Virus record (IMG/VR): IMGVR_UViG_3300023199_000127
Location: 96,001-160,000 of that record
DNA: 64,000 bases
DNA from: a virus
Direction: 5' to 3' (one strand)
Made by a program: the position numbers and the translations under genes. Each line of letters begins with the position of its first letter. Position 1 is the stretch's first letter. The notes below the pieces were generated by a model, which saw only the letters and a program-made list of their open reading frames with translations, was not told where the DNA came from and did no database searches. Below, piece after piece: positions 63,093 through 64,000 of the stretch.

Positions 63093-64000
63093 CGTCTGAC
63101 CTCCACAGTATCGAAGCCCTCCTTAACGAGCTTCTCTCTGATCTGCTCGTCAGTGATCCTGGCCATCTGGCCACCCAGACTGGTGCACAGGTTACCGTGC
63201 ATCTGCTTGATGACACGCTCCGGGACCTTGCGCTCGCGCAGCTCATTCTGGTCGAGCGCCACCTCAACCGGATGGGCAAATACAACAGCCGTGAACTTCA
63301 GACCTTCGATCTGGCTGTTGTACCAGTCCATAGTGGACTTGCGATGATGTGCCACACAATTCGTCTGGTCAAGGATAGGGATGTCTCCACGACCGATCGT
63401 CGCAAGCGCCAGCTTGCGAACGATCTGCGTTACAACCTCCTCCTGATGCTCCAGGTACGAACCGAGCTGCCAACGAACCTCGTCCCTGCAGATACGAGTA
63501 TAGACATGGCTATCGCCATTATCATTACTCTCAGCAATCTCCTTGGCCCAGGTCGTCTTACCAACGCCCGGAGGACCAAGTGTCATGCAGATTCTGCCAG
63601 GACGAGGGTCACAAGAGCTCATAAGACTAAAGGCCTTATGGATCATATCCTCAGACACTTCCATCTCTGCTCTGCCACCACGATCACACTTATTCAGATC
63701 CTGCAGGTCCTTGAACCACGGGTGCTCCTCAAGCTCCTTGCGCTTCTGCTTCTTCATCTGGCTATTCTCATAGAAGAAGTAGCGCATATGATTCGCGACC
63801 AACCAGTGAACCTTGCAAGTCACGTCACTGCAGATCATCTTGGCGCCACGATAAGCGTGCTCACGCCACTTCTGACCGTCGGTAGTATTCTTTCCGACAT
63901 CATGCAGAAGGGCGGCCATCTGAAACCCCCAGTCATTGGTACGTCTCAGAGCTGCCAGGAGCCATGTCTGATAGAGATGGCTCATGACATTGGGCTCCGG
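63089..64000 (-). CDS. HD-domain phosphoesterase fused to polynucleotide kinase (HD-Pnk), 5' end outside the window
   Basis: Frame is open to the window edge (PEPNVMSH); AALLHDVGK, GPPGVGKTT, CRDEVR, DQTN and R..P..VI..M motifs. Confidence 0.88.
   Translation of the reverse strand, partial: PEPNVMSHLYQTWLLAALRRTNDWGFQMAALLHDVGKNTTDGQKWREHAYRGAKMICSDVTCKVHWLVANHMRYFFYENSQMKKQKRKELEEHPWFKDLQDLNKCDRGGRAEMEVSEDMIHKAFSLMSSCDPRPGRICMTLGPPGVGKTTWAKEIAESNDNGDSHVYTRICRDEVRWQLGSYLEHQEEVVTQIVRKLALATIGRGDIPILDQTNCVAHHRKSTMDWYNSQIEGLKFTAVVFAHPVEVALDQNELRERKVPERVIKQMHGNLCTSLGGQMARITDEQIREKLVKEGFDTVEVRR

Noticed and set aside
1-64000. Stop-codon reassignment (TAG/TGA recoding), suggested by several in-frame stops in small ORFs
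   Set aside because: Long core genes (DnaE, primase-helicase, RNR) are intact under the standard code, all three stops end genes, the SSB DIPF tail ends on TAG, and the interruptions use different stops.
1-64000. Prophage, integrative element or eukaryotic virus origin
   Set aside because: No integrase, att sites or host housekeeping flanks; Shine-Dalgarno sites, tmRNA, DnaE and intrinsic terminators point to a bacterial lytic-type phage. The host cannot be assigned from this window.

Overview
The window reads as part of a large dsDNA bacteriophage genome. It is densely coding, nearly all genes are on the minus strand (one long plus-strand gene, 50157-51374), and no capsid, tail, integrase or CRISPR genes were seen. 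Blocks, left to right: (1) 1-13086, a glycan-modification operon of five GT-A-fold and two GT4 glycosyltransferases, two SAM methyltransferases and a sulfotransferase, with a Cas4-like nuclease and a primase-helicase inside it; a third GT4 lies at 41.3 kb. (2) 13-23 kb, a GroES-like gene, nucleotide-metabolism genes, an ATP-dependent DNA ligase, several apparently broken small ORFs and an RNA island (tRNA-Asn, tRNA-Ala, an atypical tRNA-CAU, tmRNA and two unexplained closed-stem structured RNAs). (3) 23-50 kb, replication and recombination genes (SpoVG/PC4-like SSB, RecA, resolvase-like nucleases, clamp-like protein, MoxR/VWA pair, class II RNR, family-4 UDG, SF2 helicase, DnaE). (4) 50-64 kb, a membrane trypsin-like protease, a second RecA-like ATPase, a strongly miniaturised beta/beta-prime RNA polymerase pair with the catalytic motif ADCDGD, HIRAN, RNase H, a macro-like domain, an Rnl1-type RNA ligase and HD-Pnk. 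The leading candidates for something new are the minimal RNAP, the possible 6S-like RNA next to a tmRNA with a long basic tag, and the glycosylation/sulfation operon coupled to replication genes. All family calls come from motif recognition by eye; no searches or folding programs were run.
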